Under the pieces are notes generated by a model. The model did no database searches. It was not told the DNA's origin and was given only the letters and a program-made list of their open reading frames with translations. DNA of 64,000 nucleotides from Leucoraja ocellata (Eukaryota), in NCBI GenBank assembly GCA_036785375.1, contig JAWMAR010000214.1:1860001-1924000 (forward strand), written 5' to 3'. The translations under genes and the position numbers were made by a program. Shown here in pieces: positions 13,299-25,743 of the stretch (within the stretch, counting starts at the first letter, position 1; every line of letters begins with the position of its first letter).

Positions 13299-13783
13299 GT
13301 AATCAATCAATATTTATTTTCTTATTAAATGTGGTCATGTCAAGAAAATGTTTACTTGTTCTGTAAATTGCGTAAAAATGTTCAACTGAAAGTTGGATTT
13401 TGATACCTTTATCACAAAACTATCATCTATGGAAAATGAATATCTAAAATCTGTGAGTATAAATTGCAAAATGCAGTAGCAGATCTTTTGGTAAATACAG
13501 GCATTTGTGCACCAGTTGCCAGCATTCTTTCCACACTCTGCCATCACTCCCAGGTAGCTCACTGTACAAACGACAAGTTATAAACTTGCTGGTAGGCGTG
13601 CTCTGACATTGTATTCCGTTCTTTTAAGATTGTAATGTTAAATAATAAAATTAAATAAGTGTAAAGCACATTAAAAAAATTATTATGTAAACAGTTAAGT
13701 ATGTATCCAGTTCTTAGTTACCAAAAATAATTTAGATATTTTTAAAGAAAATAATTATTTATCTTGATTAAGTAAATCTCTAA

Positions 13784-14092
13784 GGTTTAGTTAAGAGATA
13801 CAGCACGCAAACAGATCCTTCAGCCCACAGAGTCCGCACCGACCAGCGATCCCCGTACACTAACACTATCCTACACACAGTAGGGACAATTTTACATTTA
13901 TACCAAGCCAAATAACCAACAAACCTGTACGTCTTTGGGGTGTGGGAGAAAACCGAAGATCTCGGAGAAAATCCACGCAGATCATGGGGACAACGTACAA
14001 ACTCCGTACAAGACTGCATCCTTAGTCAGGATTCAACCTGGGTCTCTTGCGCTGTAAGGCAGTAACTCAACCGCTACGCCACCGTGCCGCCC
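13784..14092 (-). mobile_element. full-length tRNA-derived V-SINE (HE1-like)
   Basis: Minus strand: A box TGGCGTAGCGG, B box GGTTGAATCC, V-domain, CR1-like tail. Absent at the paralogous site near 38117. Confidence 0.9.
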
Positions 14093-14642
14093 ACTTGTTA
14101 AACATGAGTTTCATTCTGCCTCGGTGCATTTCAGTTGAGAGTAATTATAGGAGTTCATTATTTGTTCACTTTACTGTCTGTTTTTAGTACAGAACCTGAT
14201 AAGGGATCATCAAGAGCAGGGAAATTAAATGAGAAACCCTTTCTAATACAGACATCATTTTAGACGGCCAACATTTTAGATATTGAGGAAAGCATTTGCT
14301 CCAGGAAAGTGCCATCTATTGGTTACAACATGTAAAACAGATTTATTTTGAGAAGTCCAAGTTCCACTGCATCTTTTTTAACATTTAAATCTGAACATGA
14401 GGATTCATAATTAAAAGCGTGATTGCAATGAAAAAATGGAACGAGGACCAGTAAATAGGGGACACAGAAATGAAAAACTTTAAGGTGTATGTGTTATTTT
14501 GTTGTTTTTGTTGTTATGCAAAAAAATCGCATTTTTATATTTTTTTTAAATACTAATTTCAGAGAGTGAATGTGCACTTGCCTGCTAGGAATTAACTTGC
14601 AAACAATAAATGTGCCATTTTGCCAAGCAGGACTGTTATTCT

Positions 14643-15060
14643 ATGGTGGACAAAAAACAAAATAATGCGCTATGGTAGCTTCTTGACACAAACATTTATC
14701 ACAGATGGGTGAGACATTGGGGAAGAGTATATTTATTTTAGTTTTTGAATAATATGGTCTATGTAATCTTTTGAATTGGATGAGAGTATGTCGTACGTTG
14801 ATCGAACATTTATGCACCTGTAGTAAGTAATTATCCCAGCTCTCTTTTGAAATTTTTATAGCTAATTCTTGTTCCCAGTCTCTTCTAATTCCATCAGTTA
14901 TGGGTATTTCTATGTTTAAGAGGATGTTATATAAGTACGATATTAGATTAGCTGATTCCGCCTTTGTCTTCATTGCTTCATCCAGTAAGTCGGTAGGCAT
15001 ATTATGATAGTCTTTTGTATATTTTTTCAGATAATCATGAATTTGAAGATATTTAAATAT
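14643..15060 (-). mobile_element. L1 ORF2 C-terminal fragment
   Basis: FKYLQIHDYLKKY...WEQEL...CSINVRHTLIQFK...SPICDKC is homologous to the C-terminus of the 6925-10944 L1. Confidence 0.88.
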
Positions 15061-16749
15061 CTGTAAGAGAATTAAAATCACAAAATTACTATGTGGCTGA
15101 CTGGAACTACTACCATTACCTGGCTGATGTTCCAAGATAAATATAAAGAGGGAATCAACATTAATTACCATAGAACACATGGTGACAGAGTAATATTGAA
15201 TGGTCCTCCTGCAGGAATTTGAGCACATGATGTAGGCTGACTATTCAACATAGAACTAAAGAATTGCTGCACTGTTAGAGGTGCTCCACCCTGGATGACA
15301 TGTTAAACTGAGCCCCATTTGTTCCTGTATTATTTCAAAGAACACCAGTTAACCCAGTGTCACAGTCGATTTTTACCCTTCCATCAACATCACTAAAACA
15401 GGTTGACTCAGACATTTTAGCTCTTGGTTTCATTTAGCTTTTCTACTGTTTTGTGCTCAAAACAAAAAAAAACCTGATCTCAAGGTAGATCAAAAGGACA
15501 CAAAAGCTTTGCCCATGTGGAAATAGAAATAAATCTAACACCAATTGATCTGGGTATGTTCATTGCCTCATATACACAGGGCTAGATTATGCAGCTCTTA
15601 TACTCTGGGACTGGAATTTCATCAATTGTTAAAGATTTAAAATAGCTTGACTTGATTCTTTTTGAGAAAATCAATATTCCTGGAGACCTGCTGTGAATTG
15701 TACCTTTTAAAATGACTTTATCTTCATTTCACTAGAGCGATGTAAAATTTATGGTTTTGGGTTGTAACATTACATTTTGGTATTTGACATTCACACGAAT
15801 AGAAGATTCAATCCTTTATGACCATTTTAATCATAAAATTCTTCATCAACATCCATCAACCCAACAATATTCCATCTAAAATGTTGAGAATTGTGCCTAA
15901 TCCAACCACTGGTAACAGGAATTCATTCGTCATGTTTGCCTTGCTTTATAAAGCTTGTCATTAATCTGGGTGGCCAAATATCAGACTCTGTCATTGGAGG
16001 GATTTATTTGATCTATGGTCACAGGTACTCGATAATTTTCAATACCACCCTCAGATTACCCTGTAATCCCTTTTCTCATGAGAACAGTTCTCACTTTTCA
16101 TTTGTGTCGTCTTTCGCAAGGCAATATCCAATGTGTGTAATGATTATATTATTGGACGAACATGCAGAAATTTGCAATACTATTCCACTGTTTCAAATCC
16201 CTAACCATGGCAGTTTAGGAATTTAATTAGGAAAGGAAATTAATAATGGTAACCCTGAAACTACAAGATTATCAATAAAAACCTAGGTGGTTTATTAACA
16301 TAAAGAAGAAATTCAGCTGTCGTTGCCCTGCCTATGTGGCTGCAGTCCACCTGTGTAGTTTATTCTTAACTGTATCCTTAGTTATAATAATGATCTGTAC
16401 TGTTCCTTATTTATTTCCTCAGCATCTTTGCTATAGCGTAGAGCTTCAAACTGATCAGTCCAGACTAAAGTGATTTCATGAAGATATTACATGAATTCAC
16501 CACTTAATTGTACTTTTGATAATGTTTTAAAAACAAATTCATAAAATTTAGCTTCCTGTTAGTTTTAAGAAATATACGCGTGATGAGCTGAAGTGCTGAA
16601 AGTAATGTCTTGTGAATATATCTGACTGACACTTGGCTTTGACCTTAGCTTGCTGGTCACTGATTTTCCGCTCAGCCACTCTGCTACACTCCCATTCTGT
16701 GCCATTTTTGATTGAAATACATCAACAGCCCATCTTCAACACTGGCTTG

Positions 16750-17105
16750 TGTAGGAAGGGACTGCAAATGCTGGCTTACACTGAAGATAGACACAAAATG
16801 TTGGACTAACTCAGTGGGACAGGCAGCTCCTCTGATTAGAAGGAATGGGTGACGTTTCGAGTCGAGACCCTTCTTCAGACTGAGGTGGCGGTAAACTGCC
16901 CTGGCACACCCAGGCGCCAGCTCTCGGACACCTCCTTCTACTTATCCTTGGACCATGGCCCCCTAGATGGGCATCAGGCCATAATCTCAGACCATTTCTG
17001 ATTTTATCACTTCTGGTTGTCTACTCTCCACAGCCTCCAACATTATCGTTACCCAGCCCCGCAAGGCCCTGTTTTATCTTCTCCACAAAATCCATAAACA
17101 GAACT
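16750..17105. mobile_element. Penelope-like element fragment: inverted pLTR (minus) joined to an RT fragment (plus)
   Basis: Minus-strand pLTR with hammerhead core at 16851-16878; + strand RRQLSDTSFYLSLDHGP...PRKALFYLLHKIHK is Penelope RT-like. Absent from the paralogous site near 45784. Confidence 0.8.
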
Positions 17106-17647
17106 ATGCAAGGAATGGAGTGATATGGATCATGTAGAAGCTGAGGAGATTAACTTGGCATCATATTTCGCACAGATGTGAACTGATGGGTCAATTTCTT
17201 TACTGTACTGTTCTAACTGTTCTGTGGGCTGTGACTGAGATGGAGAAAGGTCCATGCGGGATGGTGATTCCCAATGCACATTACTTACTTGTAATGTAGG
17301 ACTGTTTTCCTTTCTGCCTCTATTTACAGACAACGGGTACTCATGGGCTTTTTTGTTAACCAACTGCAGTAACTATGCACATATACACATAGCCCTGTGT
17401 TTCTGGATTTAGTTTAGAATTGTACCACCTTGTTTATTTTGCCTTTCCTTAATTTGCCCAAGAAATACTATTCTGCATGAGTGTTACTGGACAAGATCAA
17501 GAGGAGTATCCTAATCTAATATCATTGTAAGTCAGAGAGTTGGGTTAGTTTAAGTATAAATGACAATGAAGGTGAGGATTTCAAAATAATGATTTGATTA
17601 AATGCGAATTAACTAAGAGAGCGAATAGTCATGAAATATAAGTATTA

Positions 17648-18452
17648 CAGGTACACAACCTTTTATCCGAAAGCCTTGGGACCAGACACTTCTCGGATTT
17701 CGGAATTTTTCGGATTTCGGAATGGAAGATTTTTAGCGTAGATTAGGTAGGTAGCGCGGGCGGCTTGAAAAGTCTGGAGCGGCTGCCTCCTCCCCGGAGA
17801 CCGGGGAATCATTGTAAATCATTGCTTAAATGTTAGTCAGTTAGTTTGGAGAGATTTTATGTGGTGTGGGGGGGGGGGGGGGTGAAGGGGGAAACTTTAA
17901 TTCTTAGTCGGCGGCCACAGCGCTGGGATACCAATGCCTCACCGGGTCGCCGTGTGGTAAGCTCCGGAGTGCTGTGGCAGCGTCCGGCCGCGGGCCGCGC
18001 TGAATTTGGAGCGCCGCGCAGCCAGGGGTAAAGTTGCTGGGGTCGGAGCTACAACCGGCGCCAGACGCCCGCAGCCCCAGCTCCGCGATGTTGGGAGTCG
18101 GCGGCCACAGCGCTCCAGAGCTTACTGAACGGCGACCCGGTAAGGCATTGCCCGCTCCCCGCCTCTCCGACCAGGTAGGGGACTAAGAATTAAAGTTTCC
18201 CCCTTTGCATAAAAGCCCTCCAAACTAACTGACTAACATTTAAGCAATGATTGACAGATGTTTAAGTGTCTCCCCGGTCTCCGGGGAGGAGGCAGCCGCT
18301 ACAGTAGTACAGACCTGGGTTGACCGTGGGTTGTTTCGGGTCAAGTTTGGCGCCAAACGCGAGCTTTGGTGTGCAGACGACATCCTGGAAAAAATGTCTG
18401 TTTTTCGGCGCTTTTCGTTTTCCGGAATTTCGGATAAAAGGTTGTGCACCTG
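17648..18452. mobile_element. pogo/Tigger-like MITE
   Basis: TIR caggt(a/g)cacaaccttttatccgaaa at both ends; TA TSD; empty site near 46338; internal ~130-bp inverted repeat. Confidence 0.9.
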
Positions 18453-18584
18453 TAATAGTTAGTTGTGGTCAATATAGGAGGAATTTCACCCACCTAAATC
18501 TTTATATATTTGATCTAATAATGTTAACTTTGAATTTTGTTTTGCATAAGTCTGTCATAGAATAATGTGTACCTCTCTCTACAG

Positions 18585-18713
18585 ACTATAGTAGAAGAAC
18601 AACTGGTGGTGAAGAAAGTGGCCGATATTCTTATTAATCTTTATGCCATGACAGCAGTTATTTCGAGAGCTAGTCGCTCTATCAGCATTGGGCTTCGCAA
18701 TCATGATCATGAG
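18585..18713 (+). CDS. acad9: ACAD9 exon (equivalent to exon 16)
   Basis: ctacag|ACT...GAG|gtaggt; [43 protein letters not shown]; 129 nt. Confidence 0.97.
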
Positions 18714-19274
18714 GTAGGTTCATACTACCTAGGCAATTAATATTACTCCCATCAAATTTGCAGCAAATCTAAATCTAATTTATGCTACTCCACCCAAGTT
18801 TTGAAACCAAAAATATTGCTTTTATTAATGGTATTAAATATTTAACCCAATGACATAGAAGTTTAACTTGACAATTATGTTTTAAAGAAAATAACAGAGG
18901 CAATAAATTGTAGGTGCTGCTGCAAGAAATTATTCTTTTGCCCAGTAGTTTATAGACAAACCAATGATAAAGTCGAACCGAACCAATAGTCATCGATGAT
19001 ATAAGTCACTTTGTCTCCTGTGTGTATGGTGAAACAAATATGATTATTACATAGAACAAAAAACAAAAGGCTGGGTGACCTCGGCACATCAGGCAGCAGC
19101 CATGGAGGGAATGGGCTTTCCCATCATAGATGCTGTCTGACCCACTGAGTTCTACCAGCACTTTGACCTTTGCTCAGGACCAGCTCCTGCAATTTATTAT
19201 TGATCCATGATTATTTCATGGGAGTTTTTGTTCTATGGTTTATTTTTTAAGGTGCTTATCTCAGAATGTATATA

Positions 19275-21900
19275 CAATGCAATCAGAAAGTATTCAGACC
19301 CCTTCACTTTTTCCACATTTTGTTATGTTCCAGCCTTATTTTAAAATGCATTAAATTCTTTTTATTTATCATCAATCATCACACAATACCGCAGAATGAA
19401 GGAACGATAACAGGTGTTTTGAAATTTTTGCAAAGTAATTAAAAATAAATAACTGAAATCACATTTACATAAGTATTCAGACCCTTTGCTATGACATTCA
19501 AAATTGATCTTCGGTGCATCCTGTTTCCATTGATTATCCTTGAGATGTTTCTACAACCTGATTGGAGTCCACCAGTGGTAAATTAAATTGATTGTACATG
19601 ATTTGGAAAGGCACACACCGTCTATATAAGGTTCCACAGTTGACAGTGTATGTCAGAGCAAAAACCAAGCCATGAAGTCGAAGGACCTCCGAGACAGGAT
19701 TGTGTGGAGACACAGATCTGGGGAAGTGTATAAAATAACTTCTGCAGCATTGCAGGTCCCAAAGAGCACAGTATTTTCTTAATTGGAAAAACTTTGGAAC
19801 CACCAGAGCTCTTCATTTGGCCACCCAGTCAAACTGAGCAATCGGGGGAAGGGCCTTGGTCAGGGAGGTGACCAAGAACTTGATGGTCACTCTGACAGAG
19901 CTCCAGAGTTCCTTTGTGGAGATGGGAGAACCTTCCAGAAGGACAACTATATCTGCAACACTCCACCAATCAGGCCTTTATGGTAGAGTAACCAGACGGA
20001 AGCCACTCCCCAGTAAACGGCACATGACAGCTCTCTTGGAGTTTGCCAAAAGGCTCTCGGACCATGAGAAACAAGATTCTCTGGTCTGATGAAATCAAGA
20101 TTGGACTCTGTGGTCTGAATGCCAAGTGTCATGTCTGGAAGAAACCAAACACCGCTCATCACCTGGCCAATATCATATCTATGGTGAAGCATGGTGGTAG
20201 CAGCATCATGCTGTGGGGATGTTTTTCAGCGGCAGGAACTGGGAGACTAGTCAGGATCGAGGGAAAGACGAACGGAGCAAAGTACAGAGAGATCCTTGAT
20301 GAAAACCTGCTCCAGAGCGTTCTGGACCTCAGACTGTGGCGGAGGTTCACCTTCCAACACGACAATGACCCTAAGCACACAGCCACAACGCAGGAGTGGC
20401 TTTGAGACAAGTCTGTGAATGTCCTTGAATGGCTCAGCCAGAGCCCGGACTTGAACCTGATCCCACATCTCTGGAGTGACCTGAAAAAGGCTGTGCATTG
20501 GCGCTCCCCATCCAACCTGACAGAGCTTGAGAGGATCTGCAGAGAAGAATGGGAGTAATTACCCAAATACAGGTGTGCCAAGCTTGTAACGTCATACCCC
20601 AGAAAACGTGAGGCTGTAATCGCTGCCAAAGATGCCACAACAAAGTACTGATAAAGGGTCTGAATACTTATGTAAATATTTCAGTTATTTATTTTTATTT
20701 ACTTTGCAAACATTTCTAAACACCTTTCACTTTTTTATTATGGGGTATTTTGTGTAGATTAATTAGGTATGTTACAAAACCTACCTGAATTGTGGCTGAG
20801 CATCTGCCCTACCCCGTGTGCGCGATTTTGGCGCTGTTTAGAGGGGGCGGGTTTAAAATGCGATTTTTACTAGGCTGTTCCAATCGAAAATGTTCAGCCT
20901 AGTAAATCATTAACGGAAAATCGCTGAAAGACCCCGTCGCAAAAGGTATTATTAGTTTTTATGGCCTTGTATAATATTTATAGTAGTTTAAAAATCACTC
21001 TCTAAACTCGCAACCTCTCGCAGCCCCAGGGTTTTATAAAGCAAACAATTAAAGGTATGTACCTTATTTTTACATTAAATGGGACTTGTATATAACCCTG
21101 TATATAAAGTTTTCTATAGCGAGTAGTTCATTTTGGGCTCTTTATATCCCGCAGTATTTTTCTGGGCATTTGAGGGCACAAATCCAGCGCAATGTGAACG
21201 TTCTAAACCAGCGCGTTCACAGGAACCCACTAGAAAGCCGATTTAAATTGACTTTAATTTACAGCAATTGAACACTAAATTCCTTCCATTTGGCCTATAA
21301 ATTGATGTAAATGAGATTTAAAAATCATGTTTTATTGTGAATTATTTGTGAATATTATTTGGACACTTGGGCTATTTAAAAATGTTAATCATTTATTAAG
21401 AAATGAATAGATGTTTAGATCTAGTAATTGAAGTTTGAAATTAGCTACAATTGGGTAACTAACTAATTATATGCTTTAATTTCAGGTCATCCAAGTAAGA
21501 TTATTTTATATTTGTTTCAGAATGCTTCAATCTATGATAACTGAAAATTTCATTCAGTTCTCTTAATTTTTAAGAAGGTTATGGGCTTTTGACTGTCCAC
21601 GCTCACAGCTTTTTTGTTATGTCCATAGAAAATCAATAGGGAACAAGATGTTAATTTCCGAGTATGAAAATGGCCATAACTTTTTTATTACTTGAGATAT
21701 GAAAGTGAATTAGGTGTCAAATTAAACTTATTGTTATGCTTTATCTGATGGGATAAATTGCAAACTTGATTTTTTAAATCTCAAAATTTTGTAACATTGC
21801 TAGATTGATGATAAAATAAATGATTCCATTTTAGAATAAGGCTTTAATGTAACAAAATGTGGAAAAAGTGAAGGGGACTGAATACTTTCTGAATGCACTG
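19275..21900 (+). mobile_element. Tc1 transposon (IR-DR type) with frameshifted DD34E transposase; right TIR interrupted by a 1-kb MITE
   Basis: TIRs cagtgcattcagaaagtattcag; TA TSD with empty site near 47000; [27 protein letters not shown] and QSPDLN motifs. Confidence 0.95.
20764..21802 (+). mobile_element. non-autonomous DNA transposon with TAG termini and 7-bp TSD (hAT-like), copy 1
   Basis: Termini taggtatgttacaaaa / ttttgtaacattgcta; TSD gattaat/gattgat; inserted in the Tc1 TIR. Confidence 0.85.
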
Positions 21901-22094
21901 TATTCCCATACCTCTGATGAAAAGGAAATTGTAATACATTCTAGCAAAGGTTATGAATCACAAAACACGGTATGGCTATTGAAGGAAAATTTGTCATTTG
22001 GGAGGAGGGAAAGAAGTACTGTTCTGTCAAAAATTATCCTGTTGCATTTAGAAGGATGAGGTGGTTCACATTGCAACCTACCTGATAATGAAAA

Positions 22095-22420
22095 CCTCGA
22101 TAGAGTGGACAGGATGTTTCCAGTAATGAGAGAGTCTAGAACTAGGGGCATAGCCTCAGAATAAAAGGACATACCTTCATAATGGAGATGAGGAATTTAT
22201 CGAGCCAGAGGGTGCTGAATCTGTGGAATTCTCTGCCACAGACGGCCGAGATATTGGGCATTTTTAAGGTGGAGATTCATCGGTTCTTGGTTAGGAGGAG
22301 CATCAAAGGTTATGGGAAAAGGCAGGAGAATGGAATTGAGAGTAAAATCGAGATCAGCCATGATTGAATGGTGAAGTAGATATGATGGGCTGAATGGCCT
22401 AATTCTGCTCCTATATCTTA
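22095..22420 (+). mobile_element. CR1 3' fragment
   Basis: QRVLNLWNSLPQ and a CR1 3' UTR; partial paralog at 55605-55785. Confidence 0.8.
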
Positions 22421-23113
22421 TGGTCACGTGCTTACAGAAGGCAGAAAACAACTCTAGATTAACTATCCTATTTTTCTCTTACATTGTTAATCTCTCCAAA
22501 ATGGATGATGTACAATAAAAACAATGCAGCAAAATGTCCTCCCTCTCCCAACATAATTGCATCGTTCTGCTTGTGTCGGCCAGTAGCTCAAAACCACCAG
22601 CTCGGTTTCCATATCATTATTTCCAATGTTTTCCTTGCTGCCATATGCGTTAGGATTCAAAGTCTTCAACATTTTTGGAAGCAATTACTTGTGCCTTCTT
22701 TGACATTTATCCTAATGGACTGCAGTAATCCAACAGTTTGTCTTTTCTGGAATGATTGATTCCTTCACAATACTATACCACTGATTGATCTTGATGGCTT
22801 GTCTTGCGGGTCTCATAACTAATTTGTCAGAGATAGAATAAGCCTGTAATAGCTCCAGGCTTGTATATGTGCAGTGGATTTCTTTTCTGAATTCAACTCT
22901 TAGAAAACAGACATCTAAGAGTATAAATTTAAATAATAAGCACATGCCACTCATCTCAGTTGTACAGTTTTAAAAATATTATTATTTTCAAGGCACCAGG
23001 CCAGACAAATTGCTGAATTTTATATAAGTAGAATTGCTTAACATAATTACGTTTCTGGAATGAATAGAAGTAAATTGCTGTCTTTATTAATAATTCAACC
23101 CACACGATTACAG

Positions 23114-24154
23114 TAGCAATGTTACAAAATTTTGAGATTTAAAAAATCAAGTCTGTAATTTATCCCATCAAATAAAGCATAAAAATAAGTTTCATTTGAC
23201 ACCTAATTCACTTTCATATCTCAAGTATTTAAAATGTTATGGCCATTTTCATACTCGGAAATTAGCATCTTGTTCCCTATTGATTTTCAATGGACATAAC
23301 AAAAAAGCTGTGATCGTGTGCTGTCAAAAGGCCATAATCTTCTTAAAAATTAAGAGAACTGAATGAAATTTTCAGTTATCGTAGATTGAACCATTCTGAA
23401 ACAAATATTAAATAATCTAACTTGGATGACCTGAAATTAAAACATATAATTAGTTAGTTACCCAAGTGTAGCAAATTTCAAACTTCAATTACTAGATCTA
23501 AACATCTATCCATTTCTTAATAAATGATTAACATTTTTAAATAGCCCAGGTGTCGAAATAATATTCATAAATAATTCACAATAAAACATGATTTTGAAAT
23601 CTCATTTACATTAATTTATAGGCCAAATGGAAGGAATTTAGTGTTCAATTGCTGTAAATTAAAGTCCATTTTAAATCAGCTTTCCAGTGGGTTCCTGTGG
23701 AACGCGCTGGTTTAGAACGTTCACATTGCGCTAGATTTGTGCCCTCAAATGCCCAGAAAAATACTGCGGGATATAATGGGGCCAAAATGAGCTACTCGCT
23801 ATAGTAAACTTTGTATATAGGGTTCTTAAGAAGCCCTTTTTAATGTAAAAATAAGGTACATACCTTTAATTGTTTGCTTTATAAAACCCTGGGGCTGCGA
23901 GAGGTTGCGTGTTTAGAGAGTGATTTTTAAACTACTATAACTATTATACAAGGCCATAAAAACTAATATTACCTTTTGCGACGGGGTCTTTCAGCGATTT
24001 TTCGTTAATGATTTACTAGGCTGAACATTTTCGATTGCAACAGCCTAGAGAAAATCGCGTTTTAAACCCGCCCCCTCAAAACAGCGCCAAAATCACACAC
24101 ACGGGCTGGGGCAGATTTTCAACGATGCTTCAGGTACGCTTTGCAACATACCTA
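23114..24154 (-). mobile_element. same 7-bp-TSD element, copy 2, inverted
   Basis: Reverse-complement match to 20764-21802 over its whole length; perfect TSD attacag at 23107-23113 and 24155-24161. Confidence 0.88.
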
Positions 24155-24229
24155 ATTACAGGGAGAGCATACAAACTCCACAAGTACAGGACCCGTGATC
24201 AGGACTGAACCGGGTCTTTTTAAGCATTT

Positions 24230-24497
24230 TATTGAGTACAGGCCTTTTGGCCCATCAAGTCCTCGCCGACCAGTGATAATCCCGTACCACTTGCACTTTC
24301 CTACACAATAAGGACAATTTACAATTTTACCAAAGCCAATTATGCTACAAACCTGTACGTCTTTGGAATGTGGGAGGAAACCAGAGAACTGGACGAAACC
24401 CCATGCGATCACAGGGAGAACGTACAAACACTGTACAATTAGTATCGAACATGGGTCTTTGCCCTTGTGAAGACAGCAGCTCTACCACTGTGTCGCC
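24230..24497 (-). mobile_element. HE1-like V-SINE
   Basis: Similar to 13784-14092 (acaaacctgtacgtctttggaatgtgggaggaaacc...). Confidence 0.8.
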
Positions 24498-25670
24498 AAA
24501 GTTAATGATACAAATAAAAAAGATGTTAAAAATAAAGATGTAAATCATTTAAAAGCTCTTTTCGTTAAATAAATTTAATCATTAAAGCAGCTAATCAATT
24601 CAGAACCATTTAAATTACTTTATAGATACCTGTGAGCCTTGCAATTATTCCTCTCCATTCATATGCTGGTGCAATCGCTGGGTTATTACAGAGCATTCAT
24701 GTTCCACCACACACTTCCTGAGAAGTGTAATTAGGGAATCGGCTGCAAAGAGCAACCAGCAGTTTTAGGGCTTCGACAGTTGCACAGAAATTCTAAAATT
24801 GCTGAAATTTATGTTGGGAGATACTTGGTCTGCAGCAAGTTCTGACCATTGTTTGATATTTGTTTTATAAATAGTATTTGAATACAATTACATTTACAAA
24901 TTATGTCCTAGACCTATTTAAAGGTTTTGCAGAACTCTTGGATAAGGTAATATATCACATGCAGAATCCAGCTGAACCTGGATTCTATTTTGCCAGCAAC
25001 TGCTGTCTGTATCAAGTTTGCATGTTCTGCAACTTCAGTCTTCCATCTTCAGAGTAAGAATTTCATCATTCCTTTTTGGGGCATAGACCAGCTGAGTACA
25101 TTGAAGAAGTAAAGAACTGTAGATGCTGCAACTTTGAGCAAAACACAGTGTTAAGAGGAACTCAGCAGAGGAAGGAATAGACACAACATTTCGGGTTGGG
25201 GCCATTTTTTCAAACTGGAGACTGAAATTGAATATAAAATCCAAGATTCATTTAAAGAAAGAATGCATTAAATCTGGTGAATTGATACCAACTCAAATTT
25301 GAAGTATTTCGCTGTAGAAAAATTACATTTTTAATAACAAGATCTTTCTTGAATTTAAAGATGACTGCCTTGGACTATTATGAATGGGACTGGTCTAAAT
25401 TTAGCATTTCACTTCCTTCAAAAATGATTTGATCTTTTCAGTAACATTTAAGAAGCACAAAGAAATAGTTTCTGAACTGTTAATAACCTGATTTGAAATG
25501 GCTATTGGAGTTAATGTTTGTATTTGCTTAATTATGTATTTTTTCCATGTATAGTAGCACGGAAATGCATTTTTCAGGAGCTGAAGAGGACAAACAGACT
25601 ACATCTGTTTCCTCTTTGGTTTGACATGATTTTCTGAACTGTTTCCCAGATGTTCTCTTTCTATCATCAG

Positions 25671-25743
25671 ATTTTACTTGCCAACACCTTTTGCTCTGAG
25701 ACCTATTTCCAGAATAATTACCTTTTGATGAAACTACAGAAAA
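25671..25743 (+). CDS. acad9: ACAD9 exon (equivalent to exon 17)
   Basis: catcag|ATT...AAA A|gtaagt; ILLANTFCSETYFQNNYLLMKLQK matches VLLANTFC; 73 nt. Confidence 0.95.

Larger units (their letters stand above)
13444..22843 (-). pseudogene. putative decayed Ig-superfamily receptor gene antisense to acad9 (second copy at ~37772-56350)
   Basis: Exon-like blocks with splice sites, and Ig Cys/Trp motifs, at 22483-22843, 17289-17510, ~15860-16230, 15169-15208, 14582-14640 and 13444-13620. Reconstruction requires reading through stops and frameshifts. Confidence 0.4.

Noticed and set aside
14020-14092. tRNA gene on the minus strand
   Set aside because: The A and B boxes are the head of a V-SINE that continues into V-domain and LINE-tail sequence.
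14641-15228. 195-aa ORF as a host gene
   Set aside because: Chance fusion of flanking DNA with an L1 ORF2 C-terminal fragment.
15891-16226. + strand ORF also open in the duplicate (44149-44547)
   Set aside because: No recognisable motif or splice context. The similarity is explained by the duplication, and the opposite strand looks more protein-like.
13444-22843. Naming the antisense relic CD4, LAG3, CD80/86 or SLAM
   Set aside because: The domain order is suggestive, but the sequence is too decayed to assign without a search.
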